A stretch of 64,000 bases of DNA from Octopus sinensis (lineage: Eukaryota), in contig NC_043006.1 of NCBI RefSeq assembly GCF_006345805.1, positions 61,628,001 to 61,692,000 on the forward strand, in the 5' to 3' direction. Positions 1-13,112 of this stretch are shown in pieces. Within the stretch, counting starts at the first letter, position 1. Each line of letters opens with the position of its first letter. The position numbers were made by a program, and so were the translations under genes. Under the pieces are notes generated by a model. The model did no database searches. It worked only from the letters and a program-made list of their open reading frames with translations, and was not told the DNA's origin.

Positions 1-179
1 CGACAAACACACAAACACACCTCTAATGTTTTATATACACAGATAAAGAGAACAGGGTATAAGCAGTCCTCGGTGGGGTATTTACTGGTGATTTTACTGA
101 GATTTACCAATCACAACGTTTGTTCTATTCACCAGGTAATAGTATATATTATATTCACCAGGTAATAGTATCAATTTAT

Positions 180-990
180 CATGGATTCCAATATTGGACA
201 ATTTTAGCAGCAGGATGTCGCAGTCGACAATATGGAACGCTTTTCTGAAGTCAAGATATATATTGACATCACAGTTCGAACTTTATCCGAAAGCTTTTAA
301 AGCAACATAGATATAATATAAAGCTGGGTTAGGCGTCTATGCCGCAGCGAAAGCCATGCTGGCTGGAAGTTATAAGATTGTTGTTCTTCAGGAAGTCGCT
401 TATGGTTGGTCTGGTAATACTTTCAAAAACTTCGATTATACGAGAAGTGAGTGATATTGGGCTATACTTAACTGCAAGAAACCTGCTTTCCTGTTTGAAA
501 ACCGGGATGATGGATTGGGATAAGAACTATTTTGGTATATAGCCCGAGTTTAAAGAATTTAGCTATATCAGTGATTTTTCCGTTCACATCCCTTCCATCA
601 ATATCTGTAGGATCACTAATGACATGGCAATATTTTCCTGCAGTATTTCCGTAATTTCTTCAGCATTGTGTTGGGGAATACTGCTATTATCAACCAATGG
701 AGCAACGGGAGAGGCAGCGGTTCTATACTTATTAGCGTATGTATGGAACACTTACGGGTTCTGTTGAATTCTTTTTCCTTTAATTACTCGGTTTCCCTCT
801 ACAAATCTGTGTGTCACTGTAGATTTTTATCCCGATCTGCAGATGATGTTTTTCCAACTCAAGCTTTCTTACTGCTGTTGAATGCGGATGCTGTTGGTGA
901 TTTGAATGCAGATGGTATTTGAATTGGTAGATATTTTTAGTGAGTTTTCTCTCGTGGAAGCATTTTCTACTAATACTTTTGAGTTTCATA
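180..990 (-). mobile_element. Degenerate CR1/L2-group LINE fragment (inter-domain region to N-terminal RT)
   Basis: The minus strand reads ...IIPVFKQ..YSPISLTSRIIEVFESI..ISDFLKNNNLITSSQHGFRCG, then a decayed DFxKAF-type region. It is nucleotide-homologous to 63240-63620 (e.g. cctgtttgaaaaccgggatga shared). Confidence 0.85.
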
Positions 991-1619
991 GGATCGGGTT
1001 TCGAGTATGTGAAAGTGACAATGTTCTCAAAGACCTGCCATGAAGTAAATCGTTAATAGAATTAATAATTTATTTTAACAATATTTGAAACTTGAATATA
1101 ATATAGTTCTCATGAAGTTTTTTTCTGAAACCTGAAATGATTCCGGAAAAAATGATATATTTCTGCGCCCCTAAACTCAGATTGTTTGTAACCTGTTTAG
1201 TATTTTCAAATTGACCTCTCAACATCAGCATGGAAATGGACGTGTCTGTTATTTCAAGATCTGCCTAATTCCGTCGGAAATTACGTCAAACTTTGATAAA
1301 CAAATGAATTGTAAATTATAGCAATCTATAATTGATTTTATTCTCAGACATGTCCCAATCGACAAATGTAACCAGCAGTCAACTTATGTAAATAGTACGG
1401 CAACATTTAATCGGTTTTCAGAGCTGTACATCTGGGATTATTCATTTAACTGGTGTTGACTGACAGATTGTAATTAATGTAGAAGAGGGCAGATCACTGT
1501 GAGTATAATGTATCGATTGCAGAAAAAGAACAGATGACAAAGGTTATATAGAGCAAAAATTCAATTCAGTACAATGAAGGATTTACACGTCACAAAGATC
1601 ATTAATCGAACGAACGCTA

Positions 1620-1860
1620 AACAAATACAATTCAAATATGAAAGAAAGGATAAGAAGTTGAAAAAAATAAGAGTAGATAGATTAACGGCTACGCTACAGC
1701 AGAACAGGGTCTTCGTAAATATAATGGGTGTTTATATAAAGAAATGGATAGTAAATGCGGACAATTAAGGTGTTATCGCGAGTAAACAGAACTCACAGGT
1801 ATGTTGACCTACAAATGTCATCATCCCCTCAAATAAATGTATGGCAGTAAAACAATCTAA
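1620..1860 (+). mobile_element. Possible decayed R4/Dong-like LINE N-terminal remnant
   Basis: KKIRVDRL..LQQNRVFVN resembles, by eye, the pre-RT region of R4/Dong ORFs. No catalytic motif is visible. Confidence 0.3.
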
Positions 1861-2089
1861 TTCACACAACAGCAATCCCGCTAGTGATATCCATTGTGAT
1901 GTAGAAAATCAATAAAAGCTTAATATTATAGAGCGTTGATACACAGTGTAGATTTATAGCATGTGTTAAGAATTGCATTCACTTGCTTGCTTTAGCGTGA
2001 ATTTAAGAATATATACAAAAAATAATTGTAAGATTGCAAGATTCTTTATCTATAAATACAATTCTCTCTCTTTCCCATTCTATGTATAT

Positions 2090-2126
<37 letters not shown>

Positions 2127-2152
2127 CATATAGCGGGAGAGAAACACAAAGA

Positions 2153-2185
<33 letters not shown>

Positions 2186-3124
2186 GTAGATACTTAGATA
2201 GGAGAATGAGAGACACCGTATTGCTAAAGACGTGGTTATCTTCAAATGGAATACGGCTGACTACGTTGTGAAAATTAGTGACGTATTAGTAACCCGCACA
2301 ACACGGTGCATTCTCACACTTTCTCTCTCTCTTTCTTTTTTCTGTCTCTCTCTTTTTCTCTTTCACACACACACATGGATATGTGTGTGTGTGTGTTTGT
2401 GTGTATTTCTAGACGAGACTGTGGTTGCTTGTATAGCTGTATTAAATCATGGGACCTCTAGTACTCGGAATAAGAGGAATCTACCCATTTAGCAAAAGTT
2501 CCAGTGTGATCACAATAGAGTGTGGAGGTGCGGAAGCTGACATTATTTCAGGTAGCGGTACACAAATGGTTATGCTAGTATCAAAACTGCGAGCGCAGTT
2601 TCCTAAAATGTTCTTAGAAGAATAAGACAAAAAACTTAAAATATTGCAATATTTCTTATTTTTGCTTCAAAGTTTAAAATAAATTACTCAAGAAGCTATT
2701 CTAATTCCAGTGAAAAGACAAATTGTCAGCAAGTTTACACATTAAACATTTGATATCACAAATTCATATATCTGAAAAAAACCCCAAAAAAGCAACTGAA
2801 GTAACATTGGCAATCATAACCCCTAAAAGTTTCTTTAAAAAAACCTGGAGAAACATTTCTACATTTTTCACTCAATTTCTTCATTCGCTTTAATTTTTTG
2901 AAATTTTTTCTAACAGCAAATAGAAAATATTTTGTTATGTAATGATGCTTTCAAAAAAATAATTCTGATGTTTCTTTAAAAGAAAAATTTACTACGTGTT
3001 ACTGATGTGAATGACATATATTCTACAGGAGTTTAATTTTATAACTAATTACCTCTGATTCAAATTACTTCTATAATGATTTTTCTATTATAGTCACAAT
3101 GTCTGAAATATTTTTTGCGGAGAG

Positions 3125-3267
3125 GGATACTCGATTACATCGACCTCAACTGGTACTTTTTTATCAACCCCAAATGGATTGAAAAGCAATGTCGACCTCG
3201 ATGGAATTTGAACTCAGAACGTAACGACAGACGAAATACCGTTATGAATTTCTCCCGGCATGCCAAT
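3125..3267 (-). mobile_element. tRNA-derived SINE, family A (partial)
   Basis: Reverse complement of the core gttctgagttcaaattcc..cgaggtcgac.ttgc.tttca..ataaa..gtaccagtt..ggtcgatgtaatcga seen in the other family-A copies. Confidence 0.8.
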
Positions 3268-5419
3268 AGAGAGGGAAGTGGAGGAATGAAAATAGATGTG
3301 AAATATGCAGGGATATTGCATTTGCAGATCCATTATTTAGGCAGAATGGTATATATATAAGATTCTAATACCTTGTGAGTAAAATCCAATAGTATATAAA
3401 ATTGGTCATTCCAAGTATAGAATTTGTAAATAGAGTTTATTTAAATAAAACCCTGGATTCAATAGGACTGTAATATAGAAAAAAAGCATGAAACATTTCA
3501 TATTTTTGGTCACACGCAACATAAATTTGTATTAAAATATATTGTGAGGTAAGATAACATGAAAAAATATAAGCAAGGCAAAAACTTGGATTTAAGTATA
3601 ATTAACTATTTATTTTATTTTATAAGCTAAATATATTTAACTAAGCTTAATTAATACAACACAAACCGTGGAATTACTAATCTTATTCTTATTTCTTAGA
3701 TTAGAAATTTTTATTTTAATTTAATAAGAATAATAATTCAATCATAGAAATGAAAAACAAAAATATTTAGAAATTCATATTCGTGAACTTTTCCAGGTGT
3801 AATAACTTGTCTGTACATTTCCAGGTTTATTATAATCTTAAGAACATCATTTCTCTTGCTCGCAATTTTCCATGAAATATATATAAGCACATACTTGAAG
3901 CAGTTGAAACAAATATAGACATCGGTGCATGTAAACGTGTATAGGCAAATACTAAAAAATACACGCTTAATAATAGAAAAATATTCCCACACGTGCAAAG
4001 ACGATAATGAGAACCTGAAAAAACCCTCATATAGAGAATCAAAACACTTGAACATTCAAATCAATTGGTTTCAAAGTAAACAATTTTTGTCAAGACGCAG
4101 AGAAAAATATTTACTTGGAATAGGGAAGGATGGGAGAGTACTCATATATGCATGTATATATACATATATATGTATGTATGTACATATATGTATGTATATA
4201 TGCATATATTTATATATTATTTATATTATTATATGATCGAACGCCGCGCATCCTTTTCCAAGTAAATTTGTCTTAATAATTACGATGCGCACTTTTCTAT
4301 CTCTACTATCTCTTCTCTGCCTTTTCTCTCTCCCTCTCTCCTTCTTCAACTATCTCTACTACTCTCTATCGCTATTATCTCTTCTCTGTCTATCTATCTC
4401 CCTCTCTTGTTCTTCATCCTTTCTGGTTTTTCTCTCCCACCCTTCCCTGTCCTTCTTCTCTCCTCTTCATCGTTCCCTCTCTCTCCCTCTTCCTCCTTGA
4501 CTCTGTCGTCGATGACACGTGATGAAAGAGAATGAATCTTTCTGCTCATTTCCTTCCAAAAGGCAACAAGTGCTTATACCTGTCTCCTCTAATAAGCTCG
4601 CTTTCCTAGCGTTCATAATAATTTTTCTATCGCCTTAGCTTAACAGCTCTCACCGTTTGTTTTTACTGTATTGTTCTTGTTAACAATTTAACCCTCCGCG
4701 AAAAAAAATCACAAATTTTATTTAATTTGCTTTGAGGGAAGGACTATTTCAACAAAGTCGCGTTTTGTCCTTGCTTTCCAAATGCGGAGTAGGGACAACT
4801 GGTGAAGGGGGCTATTCTTAATGTTGCATGTCTCCTTTCTCTGTTTGTTTGGTTTTTTTTTTCGTTGTTAGAAAGAAGTTCGTTTTCTATGTTTTTGTTT
4901 TTATGTTTTCATTTCTCAGTGTGTTCAACATTTTTCTTTCTTTTGATGTCTTGTACCCATATATGCATGTATATATAGAGATATATGTAGGTATGTATAT
5001 ATATGTATGTATATATGCACATATTTATATATTATTTATATTATTATAGAAACATATTTACCTATATCTGCCGTGTCGATTCAGCAGCCACGCAGATACA
5101 AAAGCAATATAGGTGCACACCAACTCATCTAAATATGGAACAGATTCTGTTACATTTGTAAAAGCACATATTTAGAACCAGCCATAAAAGTATCATCATA
5201 GATAAAACGTCTATTAATTTCTGGTGGTATATATGTATACATATGCATGTGGGTATGTGCGTGTCTGTGTGTTTGTGTATGTATGCATGTGTGGGTGCAT
5301 GTATGAGCGTGTGTGTGTGTATATGTGCATGTGTGCGTTTCTATGAAATTATTCTACATGAACACAAGTGCTATTAGAGCAAAACAATAAAATACTGCAT
5401 AAAGGGAGGCATGCATGCA

Positions 5420-5472
<53 letters not shown>

Positions 5473-7084
5473 ATGTGCATATAGATAGATACATTCATAC
5501 ATACGCTCTACATACACGCGTTTACTTATATACACACCTTATAAATACTATGCAAGAGTGAACTCCATACTGATTTGAAGATTAACTTATATTTTTATCT
5601 AAAAGATGAACCACTCTCTTCATACAGTAAAAATATTTTTAATCTATCCAACTGCACTTCATTTAATGCCACGTGATCGTCTTTTGTACATCATTGTGGA
5701 TGGCGAGAATTTATATATATATATATGTGTGTGTGTGTGTATGTGTGTGTATATTTATTAATTATATATATATGCATATATCTCTATGCATCTATATATG
5801 CTTGTGTGAGTGTGTATGTCTGTGTGTACCCATATATGAGTATTGATATTTTAATGTAATACGCACGCTGATAAAATGCCTCTGTTGAATCAACATGAAA
5901 TGAATGTGTCTGTTCAAGGATTGTCAGTATATATATATATATATATATATATACACAAACACACAGACACACGCACACACAGGCACACAAACTCAGACAC
6001 ATACACACATGTATATATATTTATTTATATATACATGTATACTTACAAACATACATACGCTCGTGCGATTGTCAAGCGAAATCTTGTCGACAAAGAACGA
6101 TACAGTTAAAAGGAATGTTCAGAAAAAGAAAGGAAAACGGAAGCATTTCCATGGCTGGATGTTTGAATATAATTGCAAGCCGATAAATAAAGATACTTTG
6201 TATATACGAAAGAAAATAGTGTATATATATATGTATGTATATCTCTGTGTGTGTGCATATGTATGTATATATGAAGCAATGAATAAATAAAATAACGATA
6301 GCAATTCAATCCTATTAACCGATGATATCTTAGGCCATTCACAAAATGTCACAAAGCGCCTAACTGCACGCTGAAAAAGAAGTCAAAAGAGAGGAAAGAA
6401 GAGAAAAGAAATGAAGGAGAAGAGAAATAAAAACGAAAAGTACGCTTTCCTAAAGAGAAATTGGTGTGTGTGTGTGTGTGTCTGTACATATATGTATTCC
6501 AGAACGCATTCTAAACTAAATTCCCATTTGGAATGCTATATATGATGATCAAAATCAGAATTTGATGTTCAGGAATTGCAGACACGCACGTACGAGCGCG
6601 CACACTCACACACAAACACACACACGCACGCACACACACACACACACACAGATACACAGACACGCACATACGCACACAGAAACAGACACACACACACACT
6701 AATATATACACGAACACACTAACATACGCACTCGCACACACACACGCACACACACACGCACACACACTCACATGTACATAAATGTATTTATGTATGCATA
6801 TATATGAATTTATATATATACTTATATATATTGTTGTATTTCTGGTTGGTCAATTGTTTTTGCCAAATAAACACACGAACTATATATTTGCTCTTCACTC
6901 GTTTATTACTGTTCTTATATTCTTTTTATTTTAACTCACGTCCAATGTCCGATAATCTTTAGTCACATATCTGTAACCTCTTCTCCGAGACTTCCCGTTT
7001 TCGTGTGTGTTCTTGTTCCACTTGCAACACAAACTGCTAAAGGTATGTATAAATATATATACATACATAAATATATGTATATAT

Positions 7085-7145
<61 letters not shown>

Positions 7146-7172
7146 TAGTGCGAGCATGTATGTTTGTGTGTT

Positions 7173-7208
<36 letters not shown>

Positions 7209-7464
7209 CCAATTAAGGACTGGACACGAAAAGTGGACAGTCAACATGCTAGATATAGACGTCAAATCACCATTCTCCAGAAAGAGTATGTTCTCAAATA
7301 AAACTCAGCACAAAACCAAAGCATTATATTTTCCTTTCTCCTGTTTAATGCTTTGGTTTTGTGCTGAGGTTTATTTGAGAACATACTCTTTGTGGAGGAT
7401 GGCGATTTGACGTCTATATCTAGCATGTTGACTGTCCACTTTTCGTGTCCAGTCCTTAATTTGG
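7209..7464. repeat. Fold-back palindrome (about 118-bp arms, 19-nt loop), MITE-like
   Basis: 7209-7326 is the reverse complement of 7346-7464 with only a few mismatches. It starts directly after a (TA)n tract. Confidence 0.9.
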
Positions 7465-7545
7465 ATTCTTTTTAATATGCTAGACCACTGGTTTTAATTG
7501 ACTAATATCAATTTCTATCCTTAATTAATATTATATATATATATA

Positions 7546-7549
<4 letters not shown>

Positions 7550-7622
<73 letters not shown>
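7550..7622. repeat. (AG)n microsatellite
   Basis: Pure AG repeat preceded by (TA)n. Confidence 0.97.
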
Positions 7623-7624
<2 letters not shown>

Positions 7625-7628
<4 letters not shown>

Positions 7629-8290
7629 CAATCAAAACCGAACTTCAGAAATACAACACAATGGACATTTAAGTGAATCAACAAACCGGAACGACTCATG
7701 ACCGTACCCCACAGGGAAGCCAATGAGGCAGAAATACAAACTTGATCGCTGGAAAACAAGACATCACCAGTACTTTAAAGAATCCAAAATCAGATCCTCT
7801 CGCGGAAGAAAAAATAATTATAACTACACCGGATTCCAAAACACACTGTTACAAACGAAAGATCCGACAGGTCGGAAACAGGATCAGAGAAATTGTAACC
7901 CGAAACCACCTTTTTCTATCTTCATTTCTCCCTTGTTTTTTCTCCTCTTAACTAAGTGTGACTGAAACGTTTGTGATATTCAGTTCTTGTTGATCACTAC
8001 TAATACTAATGTATATTCAAACAAATTGATGCACAGTTTTAATGCTATTGACTGTTTTTTAAACATAATTTTTAAACGTAATTTTTAAACATATTTTTTA
8101 AATTCATAATTCTAAATTTTTCTGTTATGAACATTTAAACTTATCAACATTGAAACTTTTAAAGTTGTTTTTCTAATGCATAATTCTAAATTTTACCATT
8201 CATAAGCAAAAAAAGAAATTGGAACTAGTTTGGTATATATGTAAATAAATTTATTTTGAACAAGTACTAGGTGGATTTTCAGCAACAAAT
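7625..8290 (+). mobile_element. Highly decayed PLE GIY-YIG endonuclease C-terminus plus 3' UTR-like repeat
   Basis: Frameshifted RWK..QYFKESKI..L.EEKIII...KTLL.KR pattern parallels the EN tail at 15730-15966. The downstream 7950-8290 is homologous to 24820-25140 (shared actagtttggtatatatgtaaataaat). Confidence 0.4.
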
Positions 8291-8431
8291 TTGTCTATAT
8301 TTCTCTTTCGTTGAATGCTTAGATGAGGCGCGTAATGGTCACACCCGTTATAGAGTTAGGAAGAGCTAATTTCAACCTTTAATCGATTAGGATTTAAAAT
8401 CACAATAACTACTAATGTCTGTATAGTTTTG

Positions 8432-8650
8432 ATTATTTAAATGTTTCCCTAGATCTGAACTCCACCTCGTATAAAACTTACCATAAACCTAATGAGAGAC
8501 TCACATATATACATAAGCAGTCTTTTCACCCTCCTGTAGTATTTAAAAATCTTATAGCTAATATTATCAAGAGAGTGTCTAAGCTCTCTTCTCTCAAAGA
8601 AATTTTCGTCATAGTTGCTCCCTACTATAACAAGACCCTAACCAATAGTG
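8432..8650 (+). mobile_element. PLE RT thumb fragment (same type as the 12.4-16.7 kb element)
   Basis: YLNVSLDLNSTSYKTYHKPNERLTYIHKQSFHPPVVFKNLIANIIKRVSKLSS...APYYNKTL aligns with FLDVTLNL...PYHKP...YI..SNH..I...RLSKLS...FYNAAL at 13740-13970. Confidence 0.8.
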
Positions 8651-9858
8651 TGTGTGTGTGTTCGCGTGCGAGTGTCTGTGCATGGGTGTATGAGTGGGTG
8701 TGAACTTAACTTTAGTTAAAATATGTTTGTGGATTATTTCACCTTCTCAATGGAAATTCACTGAAGTTACCATGAAGAAAGATTTTCTCTGATGATAACG
8801 TAAAAGAATCCATATCGTCCCAGTGTTGGCCCCTGTCTGATTTCCAGATGCTGTAATTCTAGCTATTTAGCTTTTATCATTTCAAGATACGAAGTGTGGT
8901 AATTCTGGAGAGTTCTAAAGCCTTAGATGTAACTAATACACAGTCAACATAGACTAAGTTGCGGTATTAGACTGCCCGGGAAGGCCGAGAATGCGAAGAG
9001 CTGGGCAGATATTGTAATTTTACACCTGGTACCATAATAAAGAATTCTTTTCTCGACGGTCACTGCAGTGAATTTGCATTTAGAAGTTGAAATATGTCAC
9101 AAATATATATTTTAACTAACCTAAAGTTCTCTTAATCCTAAACTGCCTGGCGCTAATACTACTTGCAGTTCAATATCACAACTCAATCAATGTTATTAAC
9201 TGTGTTTTAGTTAAAGCTTTTGCTTTAGTCATGTCGAAAGATACATCTCGTGACACTTTTTACTAGAAGACAGAATGTTTTTCTCCACGGTAACTGAAGT
9301 GAATTTGCGTTTAGAAGTTAAAATGTCACACAAAGATATTTTAACTAACACAAATTTCGCTTATGCCTAAACACTGTTTGGCGCTGATACTGCTGAATAA
9401 TCACACACACACAAAAGCACACAAACACACACACACACACACACATTCACGCGCGCGCACACATAGCAGTTTCAGCAAAAATGAAGGCAATAAATGTCAT
9501 TAAATATAATTGCAGGTGTTAAAATATCTACTGCTAGAAATAAGACCCGAAGAGCTCTGTGGTTGCTGTCAACCCACATAAAATTCCACAGATTGCATGC
9601 TGGCAGCGGCTGCAGAAGGCCGTATAAGTATTTAGAAAGAATATGTAATTTGAAACCTACTGAAAATTCTTCAACCTTTCCCGTGGGTCTGCTTTATGGA
9701 ACTTAATTAACATTTTCATTTCTCGATGATTATTTTTGTAAATGATTAATCAGGATAATATTTCAGGATCCCAAATTATTCATGTTCATTGCATGTAAGC
9801 ATCTGTCTCTCTCTCTTTCTCTCTCTCTCTATTTATATATATACACACACAGACACAG

Positions 9859-9892
<34 letters not shown>

Positions 9893-11617
9893 GTTGGTAT
9901 GTGTAGTATGTATATAGTTGTGGAGTGGATTTATGCATGTATATTTATTTATTGATGCGTGCGTGAATCTGTGGAACAACTGTGTTTGTTTGCACTCGTG
10001 TAATTCACAGCTGTAAATATCTAGTCATAAATAAAAGGATTCAATATCATATTATATATATAAATGATAATGTACTTCCGTTCCCACTTAGATGCAGAAT
10101 TAAAATATTTTAGGTTCAAATACTATAATTTTTATCGCTATACAAGACCTTCTTTGATATGGAAAAAAGATTTTGCTCGAGAAATATACTGAAATAGAAA
10201 GGGAAATATAGACATGGATTAAAAGTAACTAGATATGGCAGTAATATGTCGTTTTATACAGCAAGATAAGTGTGTATTCAACGGATTGTAGAAGTGCAAA
10301 CTGAAAGGGCTTATGTAAGTATACTAAGGTCAACTTCGATCTGTTTCCCTGGTGGTAGGTCTAAAAATAACGTTAATACATTGATTTTCAGAGACGACTA
10401 CCTGGAAACAAAATACAATTGAACTTCAAACACTTAGTAAATAATGGACTTATCCATGTTGCGAGCTTTTATGATGATCCATCAAATATGAAGTGTACCC
10501 TTGTCGAAAACTATTATCCAAATTGCATTTTTTACGATTATTGTCAAAGCCAAAGCATATGAATAAGCACAGCGAAACGCTTTCAGGCAATGTACGACAA
10601 TCCTTATATCTACTCGTTCACAGCGTCACCTTCTAACAATGACACACACTCACACACAGAAGACACACACATGCACGCAAACGACGGAAATAATAGCTCC
10701 CACTAAACTCCAGGCAAAGTAATATAGTTTTTATGGCTGCTTTTTCTCTCTGCAACCAAATTTTCCTTACAATCAACTTTGCTTACAATCAACTTCTACT
10801 CCAGAAACGGCACGTATATATATATATATATATATGCGCAAGAAAATACATACAGAAATACACACATATACGTACATTGTACATGTACCCACATGTCAAA
10901 AATACCCAACACATACATAACCCTCACATACATTTACGAACGAACCCACGTTCAATAATACAGTAAATCTAAAATAACCACATAAACCCACACGCATACA
11001 CGCACATTTACACACATTCACGCACACCGGCACCGGAACAGAGTATAAAGCAAAATACTTCCATTAGGCAAAAGCAATAATACCATACCTGCATCAACTT
11101 TACACATTCATTTGCGGAAGTACAAACATAGATTATAATGTTAAATGTTATACATAATCAACTACTCAGCATATTCTGAACGTGTACGAATGCACAAAAT
11201 GATGCTATTATAACACGAGGTTCATGAAATAGAGTAGCCCTCTCTTTGGCGTTGTCCTATTAATAAACCTAAATAATGTATCAAGCGTATATGTCAATTA
11301 AAGCTTCATGTTGTAGTCTCTCTACTGAGGGCAGTCCATAAAAAATAATTCTTTTGAATTTTGGCACGAGACAGAAAAATTTAGTACCTGTTGGTAAGTA
11401 GATTATATTAACCTCTTTACATTACTGGTACTGTATTTTGTCAACCTAGAAAGGATGGATGGTTATGGCTTCGGCGATATTTGAGCTCAAACTACAAAAC
11501 AGAAAGAAATGCCACTTTGACCGTTGTGCAAACGATTCTTCCAACTCCACATTTATGTATGTGTATCTACACACACGCACATATATGTATGCGCATAGAA
11601 AAACAAAGACACTGACG

Positions 11618-11657
<40 letters not shown>

Positions 11658-12009
11658 CATACACACAAAATTCACAATAATTATGCCAATCTTGAATGTT
11701 GTAGCTTAAATCAAGTTTAAGAAATATTACCGCATTAAAAAAAGTGTGAAAAGAGAAACATAAATTTTTTAATTTTATACATCTCTGTACTTATATAATT
11801 TTGAATTCATATTTCTAATTCTGCCATATATGATAAAACGGTTATTTTCTTGGTTTAGATGTAACCACTAGTTGTCTCCACACCACTGACAAAGAATTAT
11901 ATTCACTCTTGATAAAAGATAGCATTACAAGCCTGATTCTCCATTGTAGAAGAATCTATGGGCATCTGTTCAACCTCATAATACTTTGGTAGCTTGCAAT
12001 GTGTCTGGT

Positions 12010-12010
<1 letters not shown>

Positions 12011-12044
<34 letters not shown>

Positions 12045-12077
12045 TATATATATACGTGTATATATATATATATATAT

Positions 12078-12136
<59 letters not shown>

Positions 12137-12183
12137 TATGCGTATGTATATACATATATATATATATATATACATAATATATA

Positions 12184-12248
<65 letters not shown>
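12011..12248. repeat. Interrupted (TA)n array
   Basis: About 240 bp of TA repeat with sparse interruptions. Confidence 0.95.
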
Positions 12249-12445
12249 AATGTTTAAGTAGTTGAATGAATTATCCTAGTATGGATAATTTGGTTAACCG
12301 ATACCCTGGTAGCAAATTTACGTCAGAAAGCATGGTTGAAGCTGCATGCCAAGGGTAAAAATCACGTGCTTTCGTGTGGGAATTTGTGTGTTTTTTTACA
12401 ATAGATAAATGAAAGAATGGAGTCGAACGACGATTTAACAAAGTT

Positions 12446-12540
12446 CCTTTATTCTCGACATATGTTTCGAAGACTGCATATTCCTAATTTCGAAGGAATA
12501 AAGGGTGCATTATGCCGTCTTCTCATCAGGAAAGACAAGG
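12446..12540 (-). ncRNA. Type-I hammerhead ribozyme motif in PLE 3' end (left arm)
   Basis: The minus strand reads ctttc CUGAUGA GAAGAC [long loop] GUCUUC GAAA CAUAUG UC^ gagaa, with conserved core, 6-bp stem II and palindromic stem III. Confidence 0.85.
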
Positions 12541-13112
12541 AACTTATGTCAGCATCATGACGAACAAAATCTTTTAGATGACTACCCACACGGAGTCCAT
12601 AGTGATAATGAGTGTTTCGTTAAAATATTCCGTTAAAAGCAGTGACGTCAAAATTGGTTGGATGGATAAGATTATAAAAAGTTCAAGAGTTCAAAAATGG
12701 TTGAACGGGGCAAGTTCTAAGAATAAGGGGGTGACAGAGTGCAAGTCGTATGTATCGTGATGCGTTGTTGTTTGCTTTTGCCAATGAGATTGAGTGCCTA
12801 TGTGTGTGTATGTATATAATTGCATTCGTGTCTATGTGTGTGTATATGTGTGCGTGATTGTTTGTGTGGGGGGATAAATGCCAAATAAATCTAGTGGTGA
12901 AGTGACAAGTTTGTGTTTGTGTGCTTGATTGTGCTTATGATAGAGAGAGAGAAAGAGAGAGAGGGGGAGAGGTAGAGAGACAAAGGTAGAACATACCCCA
13001 ACGAATTTGGAAGTAGGCCTTCAAGTAACGGAGTATAAAATAATTTGTCTATGGTCTTGTTGTAGATGTGGAACCAAATTATTAAATTCAAGGAGGTTCT
13101 CTATATTAATCA

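Noticed and set aside
8789-8830. CTGATGA occurrences at about 8789, 23798, 31888(-), 34506(-) and 57834(-)
   Set aside because: None is followed by a pairable stem II plus GAAA, so they are not hammerheads.
10392-10562. 56-codon open frame after a ttttcag acceptor (RRLPGNKIQLNF...)
   Set aside because: No recognisable domain and no convincing donor; compatible with chance.
12760-13110. SECIS or selenocysteine readthrough in the PLE
   Set aside because: The shared stop is TAG, the TGA codons are arm-specific, and no SECIS was discernible.
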